Shown here one piece after another: positions 1 through 7,813 of a stretch of DNA of 41,972 bases. The notes under the pieces are model-generated. The model was not told the origin of the DNA and searched no databases. It saw nothing but the letters and a program-made list of their open reading frames with translations. Each line of letters begins with the position of its first letter. The first letter of the stretch is position 1. The translations under genes were made by a program, and so were the position numbers. Source of the DNA: Bdellovibrionales bacterium (GTDB lineage: Bacteria; Bdellovibrionota; UBA1018; CAIMNF01); NCBI GenBank assembly GCA_040380025.1, contig JBEIJY010000020.1:1-41972 (forward strand), written 5' to 3'.

Positions 1-60
1 CGGCTCATGAATCACCTGGCTCTATACGTCCGGTATCACAACACGGTGCTTCTCGGGTGA
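1..60 (+). CDS. 3' end of a gene truncated by the window edge; putative IS1-like transposase C-terminus
   Basis: Frame 1 reads RLMNHLALYVRYHNTVLLG*. The HL..Y..YHN tail resembles the end of IS1-related DDE transposases, and a PAL-type terminus follows. Only 19 codons are visible. Confidence 0.4.
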   Translation, partial: RLMNHLALYVRYHNTVLLG

Positions 61-97
61 GGTAAGCTCGATCTGAGCCCCTCACCCCCCTTGTTTA

Positions 98-119
98 GGA
101 ACAGCGAAAGGGGGCAGTT
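98..119 (-). mobile_element. Orphan PAL-type terminal repeat (candidate right end of an autonomous element)
   Basis: Reverse complement is AACTGCCCCCTTTCGCTGTTCC; its first 13 nt are identical to the termini at 976, 5506 and 41484. Confidence 0.6.
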
Positions 120-131
120 GGTTTGAACCAC

Positions 132-428
132 TCATGCTGCTTTCGGAGGAGCCATTTCCAATCCTGTTGCCGCGATGATTTTCACCAGAAGATCGCAAGA
201 AACGCTGACAGTTGCGCCATTCTTCACTGCTGAGACTTTGCTTCTGGCGACTCCGGAGCGTTTTACGATTTCATTCACAGTCAATTTGGATTTCTCCATC
301 GCCTTCACGGCAAGTGCGCTTAAATGAGCCTTGTATTTCATGAGAGCTGTATCGCTTTTTGAAAGACCGAGAATGTCTCCGATTTCATCTGCATTTTTTG
401 CGACAATATGGTTTTTATTCTTTTTCAT
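132..428 (-). CDS. XRE-family HTH antitoxin (HigA-like)
   Basis: 98 aa with HTH segment LTVNEIVKRSGVARSKVSAVKNG; lies downstream of and overlaps a RelE-like toxin. Confidence 0.85.
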   Translation of the reverse strand: MKKNKNHIVAKNADEIGDILGLSKSDTALMKYKAHLSALAVKAMEKSKLTVNEIVKRSGVARSKVSAVKNGATVSVSCDLLVKIIAATGLEMAPPKAA

Positions 429-771
429 TCTTCAATTCCTCCAAAAATATTTTCAATCTCTTTTTCCCGGTTTCGATTTCACTTTGGGGTGTTGCTCGGG
501 TTTTCTTTTTGAATCCATGAAATACCAGAATTCCGAGTTCAGTCTCAATCATGAAAAAAGCCCTGTAAATTCCATTTTGATCCTTGAGCCGGATTTCAGC
601 CGCTCCTTTTGCCAGTGAAGGCATGGGCCGTACATCAGGCATGCCAATCAGTTCACCCGATTGAAGCCGGGTGAGAACGGATCCCAAATCTTTTTTTGCT
701 TCCAAAGGCCAATCCCGCATTTCTTTCCGGGCCGGATCGTAGATGAAAACAAGATGCCTGAAACCCTTCAT
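415..771 (-). CDS. Type II toxin, RelE/HigB (Gp49/DUF891-like)
   Basis: 118 aa with EIRL...IYRAF...VFHGFKKKTRATP typical of Gp49/HigB toxins; toxin-first order. Confidence 0.85.
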   Translation of the reverse strand: MKGFRHLVFIYDPARKEMRDWPLEAKKDLGSVLTRLQSGELIGMPDVRPMPSLAKGAAEIRLKDQNGIYRAFFMIETELGILVFHGFKKKTRATPQSEIETGKKRLKIFLEELKNEKE

Positions 772-776
772 TTTTC

Positions 777-806
777 AAGTGTCCCATAAAAGGGACACTT
801 GGTCAA
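777..806 (-). promoter_or_regulatory. TA operon promoter with overlapping palindromic operator
   Basis: Perfect 9-bp inverted repeat AAGTGTCCC-N6-GGGACACTT (777-800). Minus strand reads TTGACC-17 nt-GACACT, ending 6 nt before the toxin ATG. Confidence 0.65.
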
Positions 807-975
807 TTGTTTCTTTACACGCAATCCATCCAGACGTTTCCATCCTGTGGCCCCCCATTTCCCGAAGGGGATCGCGGCTGCGATGGCCGAGCGGCCCAAG
901 CAGCCTTCAAGAGCAAAGACAAAATCTTGGCATACTCGTCAGGTGGACTATGCCCCGAAGAAAATAGGATGTTCA

Positions 976-1172
976 AACTGCCCCCTTTGAGTGTGCTTTT
1001 GCGCCAAGCGGTTGCGCGCCAAGGGGAGGGAATGACCTAATTATTGCCGACTCTCGCGTGCCAGGATGGCGAAAGCGAGGCGGGAGGACCCGGCTCGGAG
1101 GCAATAATTAAGTCATTCCCTCCCCTTGGCGCGCAACCGCTTGGCGCAAAAGCACACTCAAAGGGGACAGTT
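976..1172 (+). repeat. PAL-1: ~200-bp palindromic element
   Basis: 73-bp arms 976-1048 and 1100-1172 (2 mismatches) around the 51-nt core GACTCTCGCGTGCCAGGATGGCGAAAGCGAGGCGGGAGGACCCGGCTCGGA. Confidence 0.95.
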
Positions 1173-1217
1173 GGTTTGCTCTGGACAACCCCGCAACCCC
1201 CTTTTTATCCTGTATCC

Positions 1218-1673
1218 ATGTCTCTCACCGCGCGCCACAAGAAGCCAGGAGCCTTCCGGAAACTCGTGAACTCGCTCGAGATCACCCCGCAGGATCGTCG
1301 TGCAAAGATCTTGAATGCGATGCGGGTGGAAGATCCGGATTTCGTGACCGCGGTCGAGAAATGCCTCTTTGAGTTCGCCGAATTCAAGAACCTGAACGAG
1401 ATGATCCTTGCCGATGTCGTGTACGCCATGAAGGACGACATGCGCTCGGTCGCGATTGCCCTCTACAAATGCAAGGACGAGGAGCTCCTGGGCAAATTCG
1501 TGAAGAGCATGCTTCCTGCACAAGGCTCGGCATTCAAAGAGGAACTCAGCATGCTGACCGCGATCACCGTGGGCCAGCAAAAGGGCGCGCAATTCAAGGT
1601 GATCGAAAAGGCGCGGGAGCTGCAGGAGAATGGCGTTGTTACCATTAAGGAATATGCGCCGCAGTATACCTAG
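1218..1673 (+). CDS. FliG C-terminal domain-containing protein (stand-alone paralogue)
   Basis: 151 aa from ATG 1218. EDPDFVTAVEKCLFEFAEF and QKGAQFKVIEKARELQENGVV resemble FliG_C. The upstream ORF extension lies in PAL-1. Confidence 0.75.
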   Translation: MSLTARHKKPGAFRKLVNSLEITPQDRRAKILNAMRVEDPDFVTAVEKCLFEFAEFKNLNEMILADVVYAMKDDMRSVAIALYKCKDEELLGKFVKSMLPAQGSAFKEELSMLTAITVGQQKGAQFKVIEKARELQENGVVTIKEYAPQYT

Positions 1674-1677
1674 CCTT

Positions 1678-1884
1678 AACTGCACCTTTTCGTTGTTCCC
1701 GCGGGGAGGGGGAGGCTGAAGAATGTATACGGAATCATTCAATTTTTTTGGGTTCGTCGGATCGGTTGATTTGGAGCGCTCCGGGAGCAAAGCCAAGCAA
1801 TCCCGCCAGAGAAGGAAAACAAAGGGGTTCGAGAGCGATCTTGAATTCGCCCAAGGGAGAAAAGAACAATGAAGTGGATCAGTT
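1678..1884. repeat. PAL-d: heavily eroded copy of the palindromic element
   Basis: Left end AACTGCACCTTTTCGTTGTTC pairs 16/21 with right end GAACAATGAAGTGGATCAGTT 207 bp away. Inner GTATACGGAATCATTCAATTTTT resembles PAL-2 GTCTACGGGATCATTCGGTTTTT. Core not recognisable. Confidence 0.5.
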
Positions 1885-2948
1885 TGGCCGGGATGACAAT
1901 CCTCGCCGCAACCCTATGGTGGAAATCCTCACACGTTGAAAAACCTCATTCCTTTCTCGAAAGAAAGGCCGCTTCTGTTTCGGAGGACGAATCCAGTCTT
2001 GTCGATTCCGGATTTCTTGAATCAATCGAGGAATTTCAGGGTGCCGGTGAACTCGGGGCTCTCGGCAATCACGAGTGCGAAAGGTATCTTTTGAGTCTTG
2101 ATCTGGGTACCTCGACCGATCAGGGAGGCCGAATGGTGGATTGGCTCGTTTCTCAAAACGTGCCCGTTCTCTTGTTCATGGTGGGGAGGAATCTCAAAAC
2201 CGGACCGTATCAGGAAATTCTTGAAAAAATCCGGGATCCCAAGTCCTCGTATTCCCGATTGATCATGATCGGCAATCACACCCAAACTCATCGTGGGTTC
2301 GCGAATTTGCCCGGGACGGAAATACGAGATGAAATCACGGGTGCTGAGACTTCGTTCAAGGAAGCAGGAATTCCTGAAAAAAACTTCGCCCGGGTATTCC
2401 GGTTTCCAAAGGCGGAAATCACGCCGGATGCACTGAAGATCGTGGGGAATTCCGGTTATGAGGTATTGGGTTGGAGTGTCGAAACCGCCGATTGGATTCC
2501 GCCCTATGACCCAAACCATAAAGATGCAAAAACCGTTCGGTACTACAAGCGAGTCACCTCTCCGTGGGGGCTTGCCTCGTTCGTGAAGAAGCAGCTTTCA
2601 ATCGAGACTCCAGTGGGAGGATTCACCGATGCCCAGATCGAGTCCGCAATCAACAAGGCAGGGTTGTGGGGGAAGCCAATCCCGGGAATCACTGGTCCTT
2701 CGGCCGAGCGGATCAAGAATTCTGTCTTGAGCAATCACTGCAATGACAGCGGCCTCAGTATCCCACTGCTTCATTTTTCGGGAGAAAACACATTCGAAGC
2801 GATTCAATCGATCATTCCGGCATTGCGAGAGTCGCGCAAAAAGTTGGTATCGATTTCGAGTTTGACGATTCATGATGCAGTCGAGTCTTCATTTAAGGGG
2901 GGCGCGCCCGAAACGGCCGGTACCGCACGATTCGTGACCGGTTACTAA
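1869..2948 (+). CDS. Exported polysaccharide/peptidoglycan deacetylase (CE4, NodB homology)
   Basis: N-terminal hydrophobic segment; motifs GNHTQTH, FRFP, ETADW, LLH; motif 1 is SLDLG rather than TFDDG. Confidence 0.8.
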   Translation: MKWISLAGMTILAATLWWKSSHVEKPHSFLERKAASVSEDESSLVDSGFLESIEEFQGAGELGALGNHECERYLLSLDLGTSTDQGGRMVDWLVSQNVPVLLFMVGRNLKTGPYQEILEKIRDPKSSYSRLIMIGNHTQTHRGFANLPGTEIRDEITGAETSFKEAGIPEKNFARVFRFPKAEITPDALKIVGNSGYEVLGWSVETADWIPPYDPNHKDAKTVRYYKRVTSPWGLASFVKKQLSIETPVGGFTDAQIESAINKAGLWGKPIPGITGPSAERIKNSVLSNHCNDSGLSIPLLHFSGENTFEAIQSIIPALRESRKKLVSISSLTIHDAVESSFKGGAPETAGTARFVTGY

Positions 2949-2996
2949 GCGAATGGGATGGAACGATGATGCAAAACCCAGTACACTCAGGCCCCG

Positions 2997-4061
2997 ATGA
3001 AGCCGCCCGCTTGGTCCGACGAGCACGTGTATTTCGATCCGGGGCCGTATTTTCAGGATCTCTTCCGGGCGATCGACCAAGCGCGCGTCACGATCGATCT
3101 TGAGAGCTACATCTTCGAGCTTGATCCGGTGGGATATGAAATGATCGAGCGGCTGAAGGGGGCCTCCGGGCGCGGAGTCAAGGTCCGCGTGATCCTGGAT
3201 GGAGTAGGATCGTGGCTCACCCACGAGGCGATCGCAGAAGCCTGGAAGAACACCCGCATCGAGCTCAAGATCTACCATCCGTTCTCTTTCTTGGGCCTCG
3301 CGTTCTCGCAAGTGAACAAGCGCCTTCATCGCAAGGTCATTCAAATCGACCGTAAGATCGTCTTCACCGGAAGCTTCAATATCACCGCAAAACCCAATCG
3401 CGACACCGGCGTCCGCCTTGCCGGAGGCGATCAGGAAAGTTTTGCTCAGGCGTTCGAGAGGATCTGGAGCACGCGTTTCAAGACATTCGGTCGGGCAGGG
3501 CGCACAAGGCGTTCCCGACGCGTTCCTCTTCGGGTGCGGTTGAACGAGACCAAGCGCCTGCGCCGCATTTGCAACCATGACCTTTCGCGCCGGATTCTCT
3601 CGGCAAAAAAACGGGTTTGGGTGACGAATGCTTATTTTGTTCCGCCTTTTTTTCTTCTTCGTGCCCTTTGCCATGCAGGCTTATCGGGTGTCGACGTGCG
3701 GCTCATTCTTCCCGAGCGCTCCGATCATTTGTTCATGAAGTGGGTCGCGCTCGCGTTCTACCGCACGCTTTTACTGAGCGGAGTCAGGATTCTGGAATTC
3801 CAGAAGACGTTTCTTCATGCCAAGACCTGGATCATCGACGATTGGGTCATGGTCGGATCGACAAACCTGAACTACCGGAGCCTTGTCCATGATCTCGAGG
3901 TCGATGTCGTGCTCGGTTCAGAGCATTCCAGAATCGCCCTGGAGGAGCAGTTCGAAACCGATTCTTTTGACGCGGTCGAGCTTGATCCGATGACGTTTCG
4001 ACTCGGGTGGTTTTCCCGGTTTTTGCAGTGGGTCGTTCTGCGTTTCCGGTTTTTCATGTAG
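2997..4061 (+). CDS. clsB: Cardiolipin synthase B-like phospholipase D
   Basis: Two HKD motifs (HRKVIQID, HAKTWIID) and NAYFVP; adjacent to a ybhP-like gene. Confidence 0.85.
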   Translation: MKPPAWSDEHVYFDPGPYFQDLFRAIDQARVTIDLESYIFELDPVGYEMIERLKGASGRGVKVRVILDGVGSWLTHEAIAEAWKNTRIELKIYHPFSFLGLAFSQVNKRLHRKVIQIDRKIVFTGSFNITAKPNRDTGVRLAGGDQESFAQAFERIWSTRFKTFGRAGRTRRSRRVPLRVRLNETKRLRRICNHDLSRRILSAKKRVWVTNAYFVPPFFLLRALCHAGLSGVDVRLILPERSDHLFMKWVALAFYRTLLLSGVRILEFQKTFLHAKTWIIDDWVMVGSTNLNYRSLVHDLEVDVVLGSEHSRIALEEQFETDSFDAVELDPMTFRLGWFSRFLQWVVLRFRFFM

Positions 4062-4062
4062 A

Positions 4063-4821
4063 ATGAACTCCGTGCGAGTGATGACCTTGAACATCCACAA
4101 GGGGTTTTCGTTTTTCAACCGCCGGTCCGTTTTGGAAGAGCTGAAGTCGGGAATCCGCGGCCTTCAGGCCGATCTCGTCTGCCTGCAGGAAGTGCTGGGC
4201 GGGCATGAGGAGCACGCGAAACGCCCGCAATTCGAACACCTTGCGGACTCGATTTGGAGCCACTACGCCTATGGCCGGAACGCCGTGTACACGAAGGGGC
4301 ATCACGGAAACGCCATCTTGAGCCAGTTCCCGATCGAGAGTTTCGAGAATTTTGATATCTCAAACCACCGTCTCGAGCGCCGCGGGGTCTTGCATGCGAC
4401 CATCCTTCTGCCGGGAGAGTCGTCGCCCGGGCGATCGGAGACGCGAAAAAAACTCCATGTCATGACGGTGCATTTGGATTTGCTTTCGATCGGGCGAAAA
4501 CGCCAGCTTGCGCGGCTCACCGACCTGATCCGGAAGCGCGTGCTGCCGGGCGAGCCCCTTATTGTGGCGGGGGATTTCAATGACTGGGCCGAAGAGGCAA
4601 CCGATGCCCTGTTGGGAGGCTCGGGGCTCAACGAGGCGTTCTTGCAGGTCACAGGCGACCACGCGCGAACGTATCCGGCACAGTGGCCGCTTTTGAAGCT
4701 CGATCGGATTTATGTGCGGGATCTGAAAGTCGAGTCGGCGGCCAGGATCGAGGGTGGCGCGTGGAGCTCGCTTTCGGATCATCTCGGGCTTGTGGCCGAT
4801 GTGCGGATTCCGGTAGAGTAG
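4063..4821 (+). CDS. Endonuclease/exonuclease/phosphatase family protein (YbhP-like)
   Basis: TLNIHKG, LQEV, AGDFNDW, LDRIY and SDH motifs. Confidence 0.9.
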   Translation: MNSVRVMTLNIHKGFSFFNRRSVLEELKSGIRGLQADLVCLQEVLGGHEEHAKRPQFEHLADSIWSHYAYGRNAVYTKGHHGNAILSQFPIESFENFDISNHRLERRGVLHATILLPGESSPGRSETRKKLHVMTVHLDLLSIGRKRQLARLTDLIRKRVLPGEPLIVAGDFNDWAEEATDALLGGSGLNEAFLQVTGDHARTYPAQWPLLKLDRIYVRDLKVESAARIEGGAWSSLSDHLGLVADVRIPVE

Positions 4822-4840
4822 GGGCAGGAGATCCCCGATC

Positions 4841-5533
4841 TTGAGCCTTGATGCGCGAATCCGACACGCCTTTGGCACCCAATCTGAGCCCAAGGGACAT
4901 CTTCATCCCGAAGAGTGGGAGCGCCTTCGCCCGCGCTGGAAGCAAGTGCACGGCATCGCGGTCGCACGCGTGACCGCTCCCGAAGAGGAATGCGGAGAGG
5001 TCGACGCGCTCTGGACGAGCGAGCGGTCACTGCCGATTGCCGTCGTGACCGCCGATTGTGTTCCCATTTTACTTGAGCGGCATGACCGGTCTGCCGTGGC
5101 GGCGATCCATGCCGGGTGGCGGGGGACCCATGCGGGCATCATCGAAGCGTTTTTTCAGGCTCTTCCGAAGGAGTTCGCCGACCCCGCGCTCTGGAGCGCA
5201 CGAATCGGTCCTTGCATTCAGGCCTGCTGTTATGAGGTGAGCGAGGATCTGATGGATTCGTTTGTTGGCCGGTTTTCTGGCCGGTTTTTTGGGCTGGATC
5301 GTCGGCAAATCGAGCCCGCGTGGCGCAAGCTCGATCTGGTTGCCGTGAATCATGCCGTGCTTTCGGGCCTCGGGGTGAATGTGCGCGAGATCCACCCCGA
5401 TTGCACTCATTGTACGAAACAGGGGGAGGGCTTCCGGTACTTCAGCTATCGGCGCGGGGACCGGAACTCGCGGCAGTTTTCTGTGATCTCGATCGAACAA
5501 TTGCCAACTGCCCCCTTTGATTGTGCTTTGTGA
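4841..5533 (+). CDS. pgeF: Peptidoglycan editing factor PgeF/YfiH (laccase-domain protein)
   Basis: QVHG, TADCVPILL, HAGWRG, GPCI..CCYEV, FSYRR motifs. TTG start uncertain; the last codons lie in PAL-2. Confidence 0.9.
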   Translation: MSLDARIRHAFGTQSEPKGHLHPEEWERLRPRWKQVHGIAVARVTAPEEECGEVDALWTSERSLPIAVVTADCVPILLERHDRSAVAAIHAGWRGTHAGIIEAFFQALPKEFADPALWSARIGPCIQACCYEVSEDLMDSFVGRFSGRFFGLDRRQIEPAWRKLDLVAVNHAVLSGLGVNVREIHPDCTHCTKQGEGFRYFSYRRGDRNSRQFSVISIEQLPTAPFDCAL

Positions 5534-5709
5534 ATGAGGGAGCGCCGGGAAAGGTCTACGGGATCATTCGGTTTTTGCCGACTCTCGCGAGCGCGTGACG
5601 CGCGAAAGCGAGGCCGCACGACGCGGCTCGGAGGCAAAAACCGAATGATCCCGTAGACTTTTCCCGTGCTCCCTCGTTTTGTAAGAACAATCAAAGGGGG
5701 CAGTTGGCA
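5502..5709 (+). repeat. PAL-2: ~200-bp palindromic element
   Basis: Arms 5502-5579 and 5633-5709 around the 53-nt core GACTCTCGCGAGCGCGTGACGCGCGAAAGCGAGGCCGCACGACGCGGCTCGGA. Confidence 0.95.
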
Positions 5710-5744
5710 GGATGTATGATACCCTGACAAAAGGAACACCCACT

Positions 5745-7535
5745 ATGGACCAATACAAAAACCGCGAAGACATCCCCGAGTCGTATTGCTGGAACCTGAA
5801 TCTGATCTACCCATCCCAAAAAGACTGGGAAGCGGATTTCTTGAAAATCGAGCCCGCACTTCGCGCGGTCGAGAGCCACAAGGGGCTTCTCGCCCGAAGC
5901 GCCGAGAGTCTTTTTCAGGCGTTCGAGGATCAGGTGAAGCTCGATCTTCTGATCGAGAAGCTCTACTCGTATGCGCATCACCTTTCGGATCAGGACACTC
6001 GAGATTCTGAGAACCTCGGGCGCGTGGACCGGATCCGCTCGAAGGCCGCCGAAGCGGGCGCCCGTCTGGCGTGGATGGATCCCGAACTTCTTGAGACCCC
6101 GATCGAGCGTTTGCAGGAGTTCAGCCGGAATCCCCTGCTCAAGAACTACTCGCGGAAGCTCGAGCTCCTGATCCGCTCGAAACCCCATCAGCGGAGCGCC
6201 GAGGTCGAAGAGGTGCTCTCGCTTGCGGCCGAGCCTCTGGGCGGATCGTACAAGGCGTTCAGCCTTCTCGAAAACGCCGACATGAAGGTCCCGAACGCAA
6301 AAGATGCGGCCGGAAAAGAACATGAGCTCAATCACGCCACCTACAGCGCCTGCCTCGAGTCGGATGACCGGGTGCTTCGAAAGAACGCGTTTGAGACCTA
6401 TCTCGGCGCGTATTCGCAGTATCAGAACACCTTTGCCGCCACCCTCGATTCGCACGTGAAGAAGCAGATTTTCTACGCGAAGACGCGGCGGTTTCCGAGT
6501 GCGATCGAGGCGAGTCTGTTCTCGGATGCGATTCCGGCGCAGGTTTATCACGGGCTCATCGATACCGTGCACCGGTTCTTGCCGCTTCTTCATCGCTGGG
6601 TGGCGCTCAAAAAACGCGTGCTCGGACTCCCCGAGATGAATCTGTATGATTTGTTTCTTCCAATGGTGAAGCCCGCGAAGGTCGAGATTCCCTACGACGA
6701 GGGATTCAACCTCGTGGTCGATGCGGTGAAGCCCTTGGGCGCGGAATACCAGAAGATTCTTGCCTCTTCGCGCGAAGAGCGATGGATCGACGTGTATTAC
6801 ACCGCGGGCAAGCGGGGAGGCGCGTATTCGGGCGGAATGTATCTCACGAAGCCCTACATTCTTCTGAATCACAAGAACAACCTGAACAGCACTTTCACCC
6901 TCGCGCATGAGCTCGGGCATTCCGTGCATACCCATTACTCGAATCGTCACCAGCATTATGCGACGGCGAATTACCCGATTTTCTTGGCCGAAGTGGCCTC
7001 GACCACGAACGAGATGCTCCTGCATTTTCATTTGTACGAGAAGGCGACCGATCGCGAGATGAAGCTGTATCTTCTTGATCATCTCTTCACGCAGTTCCGC
7101 GGGACGCTGTACCGTCAGGTGCAGTTCGCGGAATTCGAGCGCGACATCCATGCCATGGCCGAGCGCGGGGAGCCCCTGACGGCCCAGACGCTCTCGGAGG
7201 TGTACGCCGCGCTGAACGCGAAATACTACGGTCCCGACATGGTCCAGCACGAGAAGATCCGCTACGAGTGGACGAGGATTCCGCATTTTTACTATAACTT
7301 TTATGTGTACAAGTACTCGACGAGCTTTGCGGCCGCGCAGTACTTTGCGCGGAAGATCTTCGAGGGCGATACCGCCGTGCGCGACCGGTATTTGCGGTTT
7401 TTGGCCTCGGGCTCGTCAAAAGACCCGCTCGATACGCTGATCGAGGCCGGCGTCGACTTGCGCAACTCAAAACCGATCGAGGCGGCGTTTCAGGTGTTTG
7501 AGGACGCCCTCGGCGAGTTCGAGCGGATTCTCTGA
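5745..7535 (+). CDS. pepF: Oligoendopeptidase F (M3B)
   Basis: HELGH zinc motif, GKRGGAYS, AEVAST, RIPHFY; start taken at MDQYKN after AAAGGA. Confidence 0.95.
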   Translation: MDQYKNREDIPESYCWNLNLIYPSQKDWEADFLKIEPALRAVESHKGLLARSAESLFQAFEDQVKLDLLIEKLYSYAHHLSDQDTRDSENLGRVDRIRSKAAEAGARLAWMDPELLETPIERLQEFSRNPLLKNYSRKLELLIRSKPHQRSAEVEEVLSLAAEPLGGSYKAFSLLENADMKVPNAKDAAGKEHELNHATYSACLESDDRVLRKNAFETYLGAYSQYQNTFAATLDSHVKKQIFYAKTRRFPSAIEASLFSDAIPAQVYHGLIDTVHRFLPLLHRWVALKKRVLGLPEMNLYDLFLPMVKPAKVEIPYDEGFNLVVDAVKPLGAEYQKILASSREERWIDVYYTAGKRGGAYSGGMYLTKPYILLNHKNNLNSTFTLAHELGHSVHTHYSNRHQHYATANYPIFLAEVASTTNEMLLHFHLYEKATDREMKLYLLDHLFTQFRGTLYRQVQFAEFERDIHAMAERGEPLTAQTLSEVYAALNAKYYGPDMVQHEKIRYEWTRIPHFYYNFYVYKYSTSFAAAQYFARKIFEGDTAVRDRYLRFLASGSSKDPLDTLIEAGVDLRNSKPIEAAFQVFEDALGEFERIL

Positions 7536-7618
7536 TCCTGTCCGTCGCATCAGCATCAGAACAAATACCAACCCCGACGCGGCCGGCATGAAGTATCATT
7601 CCGGCCCGGAGGTGGGGT

Positions 7619-7813
7619 ATGTTCCAGATGTCTCTGTTCTCATTCCTCGCGGGTTTCGGGGTGATCCTTGCGGATGCCCTCAAACGGATCGATTACTCGT
7701 TGTCCTTGGCGGTGTTCGGAGCGGTGTTGATCGCACTCGCGATGATCTTCTTCATCGCAGGAATGCTGAAAAAGAATCGGCTTTCAACCGATTCCCATGA
7801 CTCGCTTCCTTAG
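7619..7813 (+). CDS. Small membrane protein, hypothetical
   Basis: 64 aa with two hydrophobic segments; GGAGG upstream. Confidence 0.5.
   Translation: MFQMSLFSFLAGFGVILADALKRIDYSLSLAVFGAVLIALAMIFFIAGMLKKNRLSTDSHDSLP

Noticed and set aside
1049..1099. PAL core as a CsrA sponge (CAGGATG loop) or guanidine-II riboswitch (ACGA loop)
   Set aside because: The loop motifs are not invariant: PAL-2/3 lack GGA loops, others lack ACGA, and position and orientation relative to genes are inconsistent.
5580..5632. PAL core as a hammerhead ribozyme (GA-stem-GAAA)
   Set aside because: The invariant CUGAnGA is absent (CUCGCGA instead), that segment pairs with GCGAG, and GAAA varies to GGAA or GACA.
5446..5773. 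Short ORFs sharing SEPRRAASLSRVTRSRESAK (also 26114..26302)
   Set aside because: They are translations of the repeated PAL core, not a protein family.
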